A stretch of 64,000 bases of DNA from an uncultured bacterium (GCA_963701085.1 OY969561.1:32001-96000); one strand, 5' to 3'; positions 9,308 to 19,821 are shown, counted from the stretch's first letter. Numbers and translations are program-made. Notes: a model not told the origin generated them from the letters alone.

Positions 9308-10177
9308 ATGAAGTTACACTTTTTAAGCAGCAGTATGCTGTGTTTGTTCATAGTAAGTAGTACTGTATTGGCGCATAATACTAATCAGAGTGTTCTACAA
9401 AATAGTGGAAATAATTATACACCAATCGAATGTACTATAATTCCAAAGCATCAATCAGAAAGTAATATTTCACATCCGCATATACCAGGCCCTCGGACAT
9501 CACGAGTTCCAAGTCATCAAGCCTCAAGTACTAACTGGAGTGGCTATGCAGCTGAAACTAATTTCAGTCATCCTCAAAAAAATTCAGTTTCTGCCGTGTC
9601 TGGATCATGGATTGTTCCAACAATTGTAGCAACAGGAATTGACGATTATGCCGCCTTATGGGTAGGTATTGATGGATATAGTACTTCCACCGTTGAACAA
9701 ATAGGCACGGAACATGATTCTATTGGTGGTATTCAGCAAGATTATGCATGGTTTGAAATGTATCCAGGAGGAAGTTATCTTATTAGTGGTTTTCCACTTA
9801 ATCCGGGAGATGTAATTAGCGCATCAGTAGTATTTATTGGACATAATACTTTTGTTATGACATTGATGAATGATACACGACAAGTATCTTTTACTGTTCC
9901 AACCCAATATACCAAATCATCAACAGCATTGAGAGAATCTGCTGAGTGGATTGTAGAAGCGCCGTATTACAATGGTATATTGCCATTAAGTGATTTTGTA
10001 ACGGCCTATATGTTTGGTTGTATGGCAACTATCAATGGTGCTACTGGTCCAATAGGTAATCACTCATGGCAAAATATTGGTATTGAAATGGTAACCAATA
10101 ATGGTATGTCAAAAGATCTTACTTCGCCATTATTGCCAGATAAGGGATCTTTCTTTGTTACATGGCATCATCAATAA
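9308..10177 (+). CDS. Secreted G1 family glutamic peptidase (eqolisin-like)
   Basis: NWSGY, WVGIDG, QIGT, AWFEMYP, SAEWIVE; signal peptide and propeptide. Confidence 0.9.
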   Translation: MKLHFLSSSMLCLFIVSSTVLAHNTNQSVLQNSGNNYTPIECTIIPKHQSESNISHPHIPGPRTSRVPSHQASSTNWSGYAAETNFSHPQKNSVSAVSGSWIVPTIVATGIDDYAALWVGIDGYSTSTVEQIGTEHDSIGGIQQDYAWFEMYPGGSYLISGFPLNPGDVISASVVFIGHNTFVMTLMNDTRQVSFTVPTQYTKSSTALRESAEWIVEAPYYNGILPLSDFVTAYMFGCMATINGATGPIGNHSWQNIGIEMVTNNGMSKDLTSPLLPDKGSFFVTWHHQ

Positions 10178-10203
10178 AAAAATTTTTATGAAATTGTTTT
10201 TAT

Positions 10204-10238
10204 TGCCCCATTATTTGATTAGGTGGGGCATTTTTTTT
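10204..10238 (+). terminator. Intrinsic terminator
   Basis: TGCCCCA...TGGGGCA followed by a T-run. Confidence 0.7.
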
Positions 10239-10257
10239 AATTAATAAAGGAGGGATA

Positions 10258-11250
10258 ATGAGGCTGCTTAGATTGATATTGTGTTTGATTTTTGTTTGTG
10301 TTGCCAGTAATGCTCAAGAGACATTTTTTTCAAAAGTAATCATCTGGGGTCATCCATTACATTCTCATACACACTCATATATTCATGGAGCTTTTTATCG
10401 TGCTTTTAAGCACCTTGGCTATGAGGTTTATTGGGTAGATAGCCTAGATGCAATGCACAATGTTGATATTCATAATGCATTGTTTATTACTGAGGGGCAG
10501 GTTGATGCAGACATGCCAAGACGGCATGATTGTTATTATATACTTCATAATTGGGATCCTGAGAATTATTGGGAGTTATTTGATGATAATCGTTGCATTC
10601 TTTTGCAGGTATATACAAATGAGTGTTTATCTTATGTTACCGAAAAAGTGGATGATTATATTTATAGTAATAGCAAAGAAAAAATGATTTTTATGCCTTG
10701 GGCAACAGATTTACTGCCATATGAAATTGATGATATAAAGAATGGTTGCAATAAAAAAATCAAAAAAGATAATGCTATTACGTGGGTTGGTACTATTGGC
10801 GATGGGAGGTTTGGCAACCAGAATGAGTTAGCTGTGTTTAAAAAAGCTTGTGCAGAAAATAATATTCTATTTAACCATAGGGTCAATGTACCCGAGGAAG
10901 AAGGAATTTCTTTAATTCAAACTTCATGTATGGCGCCAGCTATACAGGGATCCTACCAATGTGAAAAGGGTTATATTCCTTGTAGGATTTTTAAAAATAT
11001 TAGTTATGGGCAATGGGGCATAACCAATAATAAAACGGTGTATGATTTGTTCAAGGGTAAAATAATTTATAATTCTGATACATATCAGTTATTTTATGAT
11101 GCCCAGGAATATATTGCTCAAGCATCAATAGAAGAGTTATATGAATTAATGGATTTTGTAAGAAATAATCATACCTATATTAATCGTATTGAAACATTAT
11201 TAATGTTTATGAAAAAGGCATTACATATAAAGGAAGAATATGAAGAATAA
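10258..11250 (+). CDS. Secreted putative GT-B glycosyltransferase (CgeB-like C-terminus)
   Basis: Signal peptide; PCRIFKNISYG and HTYINRIETLL; glycan cluster context. Confidence 0.55.
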   Translation: MRLLRLILCLIFVCVASNAQETFFSKVIIWGHPLHSHTHSYIHGAFYRAFKHLGYEVYWVDSLDAMHNVDIHNALFITEGQVDADMPRRHDCYYILHNWDPENYWELFDDNRCILLQVYTNECLSYVTEKVDDYIYSNSKEKMIFMPWATDLLPYEIDDIKNGCNKKIKKDNAITWVGTIGDGRFGNQNELAVFKKACAENNILFNHRVNVPEEEGISLIQTSCMAPAIQGSYQCEKGYIPCRIFKNISYGQWGITNNKTVYDLFKGKIIYNSDTYQLFYDAQEYIAQASIEELYELMDFVRNNHTYINRIETLLMFMKKALHIKEEYEE

Positions 11251-12019
11251 TAAGGCATTGTTCGCTATTTTTTTGTGTAATTTTTTATCAGTTTATGCTG
11301 ATGATAGCATTAATAGAATATTAGATACATATAGAGATTATTTGGAGCAGGGTACGTATGTTGGATTTGATTGGTCTCATTATATAAAAAAGCCTGAATC
11401 GCGTTATTATACCTTTAAAATGGCATTTGAGCATTTTAAGGAAAGTAGTGGACGTGTTGTTGTTGAATTAGGGACATCGAGGAGTTTTGTGCATGGTGGG
11501 CATCCTGGATGTAATCTTGATGATATACAGTATTGGACTCCCAAAGATCCAAAAAATTGGGACTGGGGTGCAGGATTTTTTACGCGTATGGCAGCTGAAT
11601 GTTTATCTCATCTTAATCCAATAATTCATACGGTTGACCTTATACCAGCTCATATTGAGCGTTGTAAGGTAATTACTGCTGATCTGAATAATTATCTTAT
11701 GTATCACGTTGCATCTTCAGTTGATTTTCTAAAAAACTGTGCACCGCAGAGTATTGATTTGCTTTATGTTGATACAGGTGATATGACGCCAATAGAGCCA
11801 ACAGCGCAATTACAATTGGAAGAGGCTAAGGTTATTGTGGCGCAGGACTTATTGGCACCAAGTGGCATAATTTTAATTGATGATGTGCGTAATCAAACAC
11901 CAAAGCAATATGGAGAAACATCTGAGTTGGGCAAGGCAAAATATTCCATTCCTTATTTTCTTGCCCATGGTTTTGAAATTATTGCTGATGAATATCAGGT
12001 AATTTTACAAAAAAAGTAG
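11240..12019 (+). CDS. Secreted class I SAM-dependent methyltransferase
   Basis: VVELGTS, IDLLYVD, GIILIDD; signal peptide ending VYA. Confidence 0.75.
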   Translation: MKNNKALFAIFLCNFLSVYADDSINRILDTYRDYLEQGTYVGFDWSHYIKKPESRYYTFKMAFEHFKESSGRVVVELGTSRSFVHGGHPGCNLDDIQYWTPKDPKNWDWGAGFFTRMAAECLSHLNPIIHTVDLIPAHIERCKVITADLNNYLMYHVASSVDFLKNCAPQSIDLLYVDTGDMTPIEPTAQLQLEEAKVIVAQDLLAPSGIILIDDVRNQTPKQYGETSELGKAKYSIPYFLAHGFEIIADEYQVILQKK

Positions 12020-12020
12020 T

Positions 12021-12719
12021 TTAATTGTTTGTGTTCATGAATAAAACATTACCATGCCAATGAGGCTGTATGTCAGACCATATTTCTATAAAGTCATGAT
12101 CATTCATCCATGAGGTAAGTTCATCATACATGACGCAGTTTTCCCAGAAACGTTGTAAATTTACTTCTGTATAAATAAGTTTTACATTTTTTAATGAATT
12201 GAGTGCTCCTTGTAGAGCATTCAATTCATTTCCTTCCATATCAAGCCATAAAAAATCAATGGCACTCACATTATTGTTGTTTGCCCACTCATCTAATGTA
12301 GTAACTTGAACGGTAATGGGATGATCTAAGTCTGAGTGGAAATAGTCTGTATTAAAAGAATCTTGTGGCCGTAAAAGTGAACTTGCTCCGCCGGCTAGAT
12401 AAAAAAGAAATTCACCTTTTGTGTTTGATAGTGCAACTTGTGTAGCCGTGACATTGTCGTTTTTAGTCGCGACTATTTGAAGTGCTGCAAATGATTCTGG
12501 TGATGGTTCAAAGGCATAAATTTTTCCTTGTGGCCAAAGCTGACTCATCCATTGAGTATCTTCACCAAATTGTGCACCAGCTTCGATAATTATTGGATTT
12601 GATGGTAATATCTTTTTGAGTAATACATATGGCACTGCTTCACCTATTGCGTGAGTAATGTTGGTTTGTGCTGCTAAAAACAATAATAATAATGTGTGTA
12701 ATATTTTTTGTGATTGCAT
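12021..12719 (-). CDS. FkbM family methyltransferase with signal peptide
   Basis: IEAGAQFG, AFEP, LWLDMEGNEL; likely start MQSQK at 12719. Confidence 0.9.
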   Translation of the reverse strand: MQSQKILHTLLLLFLAAQTNITHAIGEAVPYVLLKKILPSNPIIIEAGAQFGEDTQWMSQLWPQGKIYAFEPSPESFAALQIVATKNDNVTATQVALSNTKGEFLFYLAGGASSLLRPQDSFNTDYFHSDLDHPITVQVTTLDEWANNNNVSAIDFLWLDMEGNELNALQGALNSLKNVKLIYTEVNLQRFWENCVMYDELTSWMNDHDFIEIWSDIQPHWHGNVLFMNTNN

Positions 12720-12738
12720 GACTTCCCTTTTTTTTAGA

Positions 12739-13836
12739 TTAATGATTATCGGTGATTTGGCTAAAAATTGACTTCCATTTTTTGATTGTTGCAGCGCGAT
12801 GCTTTTGCGCATACAGTTTTATTTTTGTGCGCAATGCATCAAAGTCAGCTGAATCAATTTTACGTTTAAGATCATCCCACGAATCAAAATATGTTATGAT
12901 TTCACTGTTTTCTCTATTGTACCATTCTGCGAGTTGATAATTGTTTTTAAAATAATTACCATTTTGCCACCAAATTTTTCCTGTGTCTAAGTTGTTAATC
13001 ATAAAGGTAATGGATGGTATGAAGTAGGGTAATCCATTCTGTATGTTTTCAAAGAATGCAACATTAGACCATGCGTAGGGAATATGAATTATGCCTTTAA
13101 AGTCTTTTAAATCACTTGGCCCATTGTATCTTCCATTGTATGCGTTGACTCCTTGGCGTGAACATTCTTGTATAAGATTCATAGATATATCATTAAGATA
13201 AGGTGGAATGAAGAATGTTTGTGATTTATCTATATATGCAGGAATGATAGACTGATTGTTCTGTGTAGTAATAATACCACTTGGTTGTATTGCTTCATGG
13301 TTAAAGATAATGATTTTTTGTTGTGCATAAAAAGATTCAAAAGCGGTGTAAGGAATAGTATAGACGTTTTTTTTGTTTCTAGCTTGTTGAAAAAGATGAT
13401 AAAATTCTTTATCAGGAAATTCACAGTCCAAGCTTGCGAGGTCAGCGTAATCAAAGCGATTGCACACCCAAATAATGAGAGGTTTTGCATAATTGTTTTG
13501 TAAGAAAATTCGTGCAAGTGGTGCCGTGTCAGAGATGATAATTGCGTCAAATTGGTTGAAGTAATCTTTGTGTTTATTCCATATGTTTTCTGCACGTTCA
13601 TGGCCAATATTATAAAGAGTATTTCCCGTTGATGTACCATCAAATTCTTTTGGAGCTAAATCAGAAATAAAAAGAGATGTTACATTAAATTGTAGTTCTT
13701 GCGCTATTGTCTCTATTTCTCGCAAGCATCCTTTATGAAAACTTAGGTGCAAAACATATAATGAGGCACTACAGTAAGTGTGCATAACACCTAATAATAT
13801 ACAAAGAGATAAGAGGTATTTTATTAGGAAATTCAT
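12739..13836 (-). CDS. Secreted hypothetical protein, possible glycosyltransferase
   Basis: Signal peptide; in an operon with GTs; IIHIPYAWSNVAFFE resembles a GT-B donor-binding segment. Confidence 0.5.
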   Translation of the reverse strand: MNFLIKYLLSLCILLGVMHTYCSASLYVLHLSFHKGCLREIETIAQELQFNVTSLFISDLAPKEFDGTSTGNTLYNIGHERAENIWNKHKDYFNQFDAIIISDTAPLARIFLQNNYAKPLIIWVCNRFDYADLASLDCEFPDKEFYHLFQQARNKKNVYTIPYTAFESFYAQQKIIIFNHEAIQPSGIITTQNNQSIIPAYIDKSQTFFIPPYLNDISMNLIQECSRQGVNAYNGRYNGPSDLKDFKGIIHIPYAWSNVAFFENIQNGLPYFIPSITFMINNLDTGKIWWQNGNYFKNNYQLAEWYNRENSEIITYFDSWDDLKRKIDSADFDALRTKIKLYAQKHRAATIKKWKSIFSQITDNH

Positions 13837-13838
13837 TT

Positions 13839-14648
13839 TTATTCTCTTATTTCGGCATGATTTTTATCAAGTGCTAATAATTTAGGAGAGCAAGTAGGGT
13901 ATCCTTTTTTTTCCCCGTTTTCTGGATAGCAGTATGAACGATCAAGAATTATGCTTGGTTGATTATCGATAAAATAACGATTTAAATGGCTTTCATCATG
14001 CCATATGGCGATGTAATTATGTTGTTCAATATCGGTGAAAATGTTGTTTGTGATACTATCTGCCATTTTTATAAATTCACTTGTTGTTCCTCCGTAAAAA
14101 CCACCAGCAAAATAATGAGTTCCTGAATCGTACGTTATGTAGGCTGTAGATTTTTCATTGCGATCATAGGGTGGTTCATTACCCCACAAAGGTTTATTTT
14201 TTTCAAAACCAGGATGTTGTGTTGCAACACGATCTGCTAAGATTTCATCACCTTCAGTTCCAACAAAAAGCATATCCGCATCCGTTGCAAACATGTAATC
14301 GGTTTGAGCAAAGAGATTTTTATGTTGATTGTATATTGAAAAGCGCATGAGGGTGTCATAAGGCCAGCCAAGTCGTTTTTGATAGGTAATAACAACGATA
14401 TCCTTGTAGGGGCTTTTTAGCAAACTATTGAGGCCATGAGCTGTACTATCAGTAAAAATGAAATAGGTTTTTTTATGATCAGGACAGAAGTATTTTTCTG
14501 CAGAATCAAGAAGTGGTTTGACGAATGCAATATACTTACCTGTTGCAACAATACATAATCCAATATGTAATGGGTTGCTATTAAGTGAAAACAATGTGCA
14601 GAGCAGTAGAAGCGATATATGTTTAATAGAGCAATTCATAATTTTCAT
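13839..14648 (-). CDS. Family 6 glycosyltransferase (ABO/alpha-1,3-Gal(NAc)T-like)
   Basis: ATGKY, WPYDTLMRF, DADMLF, YFAGGFYGG, WHDESHLNRY. Confidence 0.92.
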   Translation of the reverse strand: MKIMNCSIKHISLLLLCTLFSLNSNPLHIGLCIVATGKYIAFVKPLLDSAEKYFCPDHKKTYFIFTDSTAHGLNSLLKSPYKDIVVITYQKRLGWPYDTLMRFSIYNQHKNLFAQTDYMFATDADMLFVGTEGDEILADRVATQHPGFEKNKPLWGNEPPYDRNEKSTAYITYDSGTHYFAGGFYGGTTSEFIKMADSITNNIFTDIEQHNYIAIWHDESHLNRYFIDNQPSIILDRSYCYPENGEKKGYPTCSPKLLALDKNHAEIRE

Positions 14649-14659
14649 TGATTTCCTTT

Positions 14660-15556
14660 TTATCGAAGTATGAACGTTGGTTCATACTCAGTATGTACAG
14701 CTTTGTTTTTTATTTTGTAGAGTGGAGAAGTGTCCATTTTGTAGCCAGCTTCAAATTTTTCTAAAAGTTCTTCTGGTGTATAAAGGTTCATATCGCGATT
14801 GAGGATATTTATCGTTTGAACTTTATTGAGTGGTATGTTGAGTATTTTTGAATTTTCATAAAAAAGCCCGATGGGGCTTGGCGCTTTATGTTGTACCCAC
14901 CATGTGGCCCATTTTCCTTCTAAGAGATTGGGGTTTGTGTAATCAAGTGATTTAAAGAGAGAAATGAGATTTTTTTTACGGTATAAGGTCATATCGACGG
15001 TGTTTGGGTAATGCCAATCTTTTTCTCCTGATTCAAATTCCCATGCAAAAATAGTTTTATAGATGTGCGTGAGTGGTGGTATTTTTTGTGTAGCATTTTC
15101 TGTATAGCAGTAATCAAGATGTGATCCAAGTTTTAAGTAGAAGCCATAAGCATTTGTTTTTTCAAGCCAGTCAATGCATTCATGGATTATAATGTTATCT
15201 TTTACTACATTGTCATCAACAGCAAAGATGACATAATCAGAAGATGATGTTTCAATTGCTTGAATTGTTAATGTTTTAAAATCGCTGATACTTTGTTGAT
15301 GTAAAAATTGTACATGGGGAAATTGTGATGCTACTTCATTAAAAGCGGCATCATACCGATCGCTACTTGTGCGGTAAATCACTGCTGTTGAATTGATATC
15401 AGTTGCATATAAGTTCAATGATTCGAGGAGTGCATAAAGTTGTAGTGGTCGATCAAAAGAAAAAATTATAAGATCGGCAGCATATCGTTCTGAGGCTGTC
15501 TCTAGACAAAAAATATGAGTAAACAACAAGGACAGTATAACTATAGTTCTTTTCAT
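14660..15556 (-). CDS. Secreted GT-A-like hypothetical protein
   Basis: IIFSFDRPLQLYALLESL, FAVDD; paralogous to the C-terminal half of 15573..17060. Confidence 0.6.
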   Translation of the reverse strand: MKRTIVILSLLFTHIFCLETASERYAADLIIFSFDRPLQLYALLESLNLYATDINSTAVIYRTSSDRYDAAFNEVASQFPHVQFLHQQSISDFKTLTIQAIETSSSDYVIFAVDDNVVKDNIIIHECIDWLEKTNAYGFYLKLGSHLDYCYTENATQKIPPLTHIYKTIFAWEFESGEKDWHYPNTVDMTLYRKKNLISLFKSLDYTNPNLLEGKWATWWVQHKAPSPIGLFYENSKILNIPLNKVQTINILNRDMNLYTPEELLEKFEAGYKMDTSPLYKIKNKAVHTEYEPTFILR

Positions 15557-15572
15557 GTGTCACTCTTCATTT

Positions 15573-17060
15573 TTATGGAATTAATGTAATATGGCTTTCA
15601 TAAAAACAGAGGCCAAGACGGTCAAGGTTTCCTTCATTGGCCCATACCGCCTCTAATCCATTTGGCGTGAGATCATAATGACTTTGTAATACTTGAGTAA
15701 GAGATTCTGTTTTCTTGTGAAGGACAAGATCAAGTGAGTTAGCACATGACCATTTGTCTTGAGCAAGGGCAAAGTTCCAGGTAAAGATATTTTCTCGACA
15801 CTCTACTAATGGTATATTGGGGTAGGTGCGCATACCATTGTTTGCATTAAGTTTAAAGTAAAAAGCGTATGTGTCCGTATCCTCTAGGTTTTTTATACAT
15901 TCATGCAGGGATAATGGTTGTTGAAATTGTGCATCTCCCTTTGCAAAAAGAATGTAGTCGTTGTTTGTTTTTTGATAAAGATCAAACAGAGAAATGCTAA
16001 AATTGCTTCGGTGATCACTGATTAGACAAAATTCTATTGCGGGATATGATTCTTGGATGGTGACATATTCTTTTGATTCTTGCGCGGATAATGGTCGGTA
16101 CATGACAAATATTTGATCAATGCCATTCACGTACATTGTTAAAGATTCGAATAATTGAGTAAGCTTGTTTGGGGTTTGCGCAAAAATAATAGCATCTGCC
16201 TTTACATGTTTGTGATTTCGTTTGTTTGTTGGTTTTTTTGAGAGACAATTATAGCGTTTTTTCTTTTTAATAAGTTGGGCTAAATATGCCTGAAGTTGTC
16301 TGCTGACATGATGGTCGCTGATGCTGTTTTCATCATTATAAATATACATAATGTCAGAAATAAATTGGTGACGCTTTCCTGCCATTTCTATCATGGGAAA
16401 CATCATAGCCATGTCCCAGGTCATAGAATAAAATTTTCCTAAGTATAATAAGTCTTCTAGTTTTATTTCTTTAAATAACCATGCATAAAACGTGCGTAAA
16501 TGAGTTGGTAAATGTTGAAAATCTCTGAACGCATTGTTTTCTACTATGTAATCAGGCATTGGTGATGCCCAGCCTCGTATTCCTGATGGATGTAGTTGAA
16601 ATTGTCCATAGGTAAGCCATATTTCACCTGATGAATAAACTTCGTTGAGACGCGACAATACGTTATCATCAGAGAACCAATCATCTCCGTCAAGTGTGAC
16701 AATAATTTCATCATCATTACAGCTATGAATCATGTTGTAAAGATTATGCAGCGCGCCTTTGCGAGTTTGGTTTTTTATAAGCGCTATTTTATTATCTGGA
16801 TCATTGTGGATGAGGTATTCTTCTACAAGGTCTCCTGTTCCATCAGGAGAGCAATCATCAGTATATATGACACGAAAATTCGTATAATTTTGGTAGAGCA
16901 CTGATTGAAGGTTGTGAGCATACCATTTTTGATTATTGTATGAGGGGATAACGATTACAAATGGTTTTTCTGGATAAGAGCTACTATTTGCTAAGCTTGG
17001 AATGAAAAATAATAAAGATAGTGTAGTGAAAACAGATAAGATGACTGTAAAAAGTTTCAT
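15573..17060 (-). CDS. GT2 glycosyltransferase fused to a second GT-like domain, with signal peptide
   Basis: VIPSYN, DDCSPDGT, LDGDDW. Confidence 0.88.
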   Translation of the reverse strand: MKLFTVILSVFTTLSLLFFIPSLANSSSYPEKPFVIVIPSYNNQKWYAHNLQSVLYQNYTNFRVIYTDDCSPDGTGDLVEEYLIHNDPDNKIALIKNQTRKGALHNLYNMIHSCNDDEIIVTLDGDDWFSDDNVLSRLNEVYSSGEIWLTYGQFQLHPSGIRGWASPMPDYIVENNAFRDFQHLPTHLRTFYAWLFKEIKLEDLLYLGKFYSMTWDMAMMFPMIEMAGKRHQFISDIMYIYNDENSISDHHVSRQLQAYLAQLIKKKKRYNCLSKKPTNKRNHKHVKADAIIFAQTPNKLTQLFESLTMYVNGIDQIFVMYRPLSAQESKEYVTIQESYPAIEFCLISDHRSNFSISLFDLYQKTNNDYILFAKGDAQFQQPLSLHECIKNLEDTDTYAFYFKLNANNGMRTYPNIPLVECRENIFTWNFALAQDKWSCANSLDLVLHKKTESLTQVLQSHYDLTPNGLEAVWANEGNLDRLGLCFYESHITLIP

Positions 17061-17233
17061 GTAATTCTTCCTTTTTTTGTAATAGTGTCTGTAATTCTTA
17101 TGTTTGTCTTACCATGTGCTATTAGTCGTGTCAATTATAAACAGTTGAGTCTTGATTTGTGGTGTGTCTTATTGTTATTTTAAATATAGATAATTGGAGA
17201 TATTGTTAGGGAATAAATTTTTAAATAAGAGGC

Positions 17234-18244
17234 ATGATGTTGCACAATAGTTCTTTTTTACCGCAGTTTATGTTTTGGATATGCATTTTTTCATCAGCAA
17301 TGATATTTTCTATGCAAAAAGATGCAAAAATTTATGTTGCTGGACATCGGGGGTTAGTTGGTTCAGCTATTATGCGGGCTCTCAACGCTCAAGGTTATGC
17401 AAATATAATAGTCCGCGGTTCTTTTGAGTTGGATTTACGTAATCAGCAGGCAGTGAATGAATTTTTTGAACAGGAGCGACCAGAATATGTTTTTCTTGCA
17501 GCGGCAAAGGTTGGAGGTATTCATGCAAATAATATTTATCCTGCCCAATTTATTTACGATAATATAACTATTCAAACTAATATTATTCATGCAGCATATA
17601 TGAATAACGTAAAAAAACTTCTTTTTTTAGGGTCTTCATGTATTTATCCGCGTGATTGTCCTCAGCCAATTAAGGAAGAATATCTTTTAACATCCTCTCT
17701 TGAAAAAACAAATGAGGCTTATGCAATCGCAAAAATAGCCGGCCTAAAAATGTGTGAATATTATAATAAACAGTATGGAACTCATTTTATTGCCGTAATG
17801 CCCACTAATCTTTATGGACCATATGACAATTTTGATTTGGAATCATCGCATGTGATTCCTGCTTTAATTGTAAAAATTTATAATGCCTATCGAGCCAATA
17901 GTCCAACATGTGAAGTGTGGGGAACTGGTAATCCACGGCGTGAATTTTTACATGTTGATGATCTTGCGCAGGCACTCTTGTTGTTAATGAATACATATGA
18001 TAGTAATGGTATTGTTAATATTGGTTCAGGACAAGACCTTTCAATTCGTGAGCTTGTTACACTTATTAAAAATAGTATCGGGTATGAAGGCGAAATTGTG
18101 TGGAACAGTTCTCAGCCTGATGGGACTCCGCGCAAGTTACTCAATATTGACACGTTAATAAGTATGGGTTGGCAGCCACAAATATCTTTGTTTGATGGAC
18201 TGATCGATACGATATCCTGGTGCAAGAATAATGGTGTTTTTTAG
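17234..18244 (+). CDS. fcl: GDP-L-fucose synthase with N-terminal hydrophobic extension
   Basis: AGHRGLVGSA, AAAKVGGI, GSSCIYP, YAIAK, PTNLYGP. Confidence 0.95.
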   Translation: MMLHNSSFLPQFMFWICIFSSAMIFSMQKDAKIYVAGHRGLVGSAIMRALNAQGYANIIVRGSFELDLRNQQAVNEFFEQERPEYVFLAAAKVGGIHANNIYPAQFIYDNITIQTNIIHAAYMNNVKKLLFLGSSCIYPRDCPQPIKEEYLLTSSLEKTNEAYAIAKIAGLKMCEYYNKQYGTHFIAVMPTNLYGPYDNFDLESSHVIPALIVKIYNAYRANSPTCEVWGTGNPRREFLHVDDLAQALLLLMNTYDSNGIVNIGSGQDLSIRELVTLIKNSIGYEGEIVWNSSQPDGTPRKLLNIDTLISMGWQPQISLFDGLIDTISWCKNNGVF

Positions 18245-18284
18245 TTAAATGTATGTTTTTTGGACACTTTTTTAGGGGTGAATA

Positions 18285-19391
18285 ATGAAAAAGCAGAATT
18301 ACGTATTATTATTAGTTTTCTTTTCTTATTTTTCGTATGCATTAGACAAAATAGCAATGATTATTGGGGTAACTGGTCAGGATGGGGCATATCTTTCTGA
18401 ATTTTTACTTAATAAAGGGTATATCGTTCATGGTATTAAGCGAAGAGCTTCTCTTATTAATACGCAACGGATTGATCATTTATATGAGAATCCTGATTAT
18501 TATGGGCGGTTTTTTTTACATTATGGAGATGTGACCGATAGTTCTAACATAATTCGTCTTATTCAGGAGATTCAACCAGATGAGATTTATAATTTATCCG
18601 CGCAAAGTCATGTGCAGGTTTCATTTGAAATGCCATTATATACGGCAGAGGTTGATGCTCTTGGGCCGTTGCGAATTCTTGAAGCGATACGTATTGTGAG
18701 CGGTGCAAAAAAAATAAAATTTTATCAGGCATCAACAAGTGAAATGTTTGGTTTAGTTCAAGAGATACCACAAACTGAAACTACGCCTTTTTATCCTCGA
18801 TCTCCCTATGGTGTTGCAAAATTGTATGGGCATTGGATTACTAAAAATTATCGTGAGTCATATGGAATATTTGCTTGTTCAGGAATTCTTTTCAATCATG
18901 AATCACCTGTTCGAGGCGAAACTTTTGTAACACGCAAAGTTTCACGTGCGGTAGCACGGATAGCATATGGCTTACAGGATGTCCTCTATCTGGGTAATTT
19001 GGAGGCGCTGCGCGATTGGGGCCATGCAAGAGACTATGTTGAGGCTATGTGGCTCATGTTGCAACAAGATACTCCGGATGATTTTGTTATTGCTTCAGGT
19101 GAAAATCATTCAGTAAGAGAGTTTGTTGAGCGTGCCTTTGCAGAAATTGGCGTAGATATAGCGTGGGAGGGAAAAGGTCTTGATGAAGTTGGTTATGATC
19201 GAAAAACAGGTAGAGAATTAATATTTGTTGATGCGCGTTATTTTAGGCCAGCAGAAGTTGATCTGCTGATTGGAGATTCCGCAAAAGCACGTAACGTGTT
19301 AGGTTGGCAAGCCAGAACTACCTTTACCCAATTGGTTAAAGAAATGGTAGATCATGAACTTAAGAGCTTGAAAAAAATGTGCGGTCATTAG
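18285..19391 (+). CDS. gmd: GDP-mannose 4,6-dehydratase with signal peptide
   Basis: [36 protein letters not shown]. Confidence 0.96.
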   Translation: MKKQNYVLLLVFFSYFSYALDKIAMIIGVTGQDGAYLSEFLLNKGYIVHGIKRRASLINTQRIDHLYENPDYYGRFFLHYGDVTDSSNIIRLIQEIQPDEIYNLSAQSHVQVSFEMPLYTAEVDALGPLRILEAIRIVSGAKKIKFYQASTSEMFGLVQEIPQTETTPFYPRSPYGVAKLYGHWITKNYRESYGIFACSGILFNHESPVRGETFVTRKVSRAVARIAYGLQDVLYLGNLEALRDWGHARDYVEAMWLMLQQDTPDDFVIASGENHSVREFVERAFAEIGVDIAWEGKGLDEVGYDRKTGRELIFVDARYFRPAEVDLLIGDSAKARNVLGWQARTTFTQLVKEMVDHELKSLKKMCGH

Positions 19392-19400
19392 ATATGGGCA

Positions 19401-19697
19401 TTAATGGCGCTCAAAGCTTGGTTGTTTCTCTAAGCTATGTTTTCTGGAGCTATATTTGTCTGTTTCTTCTGTTCCATTATGTGTGTCTAATGAAATTTTC
19501 TCATCTGCTGTTTTGGCACAATCATCATTATCATTGTTATTATAGTTGAGTTGTCCAGGAAAAGTGATTGTGGTTTTTTCGCGATATACCCATTCGGTCA
19601 GTGTTTTTTTTGTGATAGAGAATGAGCGTTTGATTTCAATTGCTGATAAAATTGATGGGACAAGTGCACTTGTGAGCAATAGATGTTTGTAGTTCAT
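19401..19697 (-). CDS. Small secreted hypothetical protein
   Basis: AAGGA RBS before MNYKHLLL; signal peptide-like N-terminus. Confidence 0.6.
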   Translation of the reverse strand: MNYKHLLLTSALVPSILSAIEIKRSFSITKKTLTEWVYREKTTITFPGQLNYNNNDNDDCAKTADEKISLDTHNGTEETDKYSSRKHSLEKQPSFERH

Positions 19698-19821
19698 ATC
19701 ATTCCTTTTGTGTATAGATATCATTTTTTTTATAGCAGCATTAGTTATTGCTAATTTATAGAATAAAAATCTAGGCTTGTAGAGAAAATGTATTTTTTAT
19801 GCCTATTATAAAGAGGTTGGT

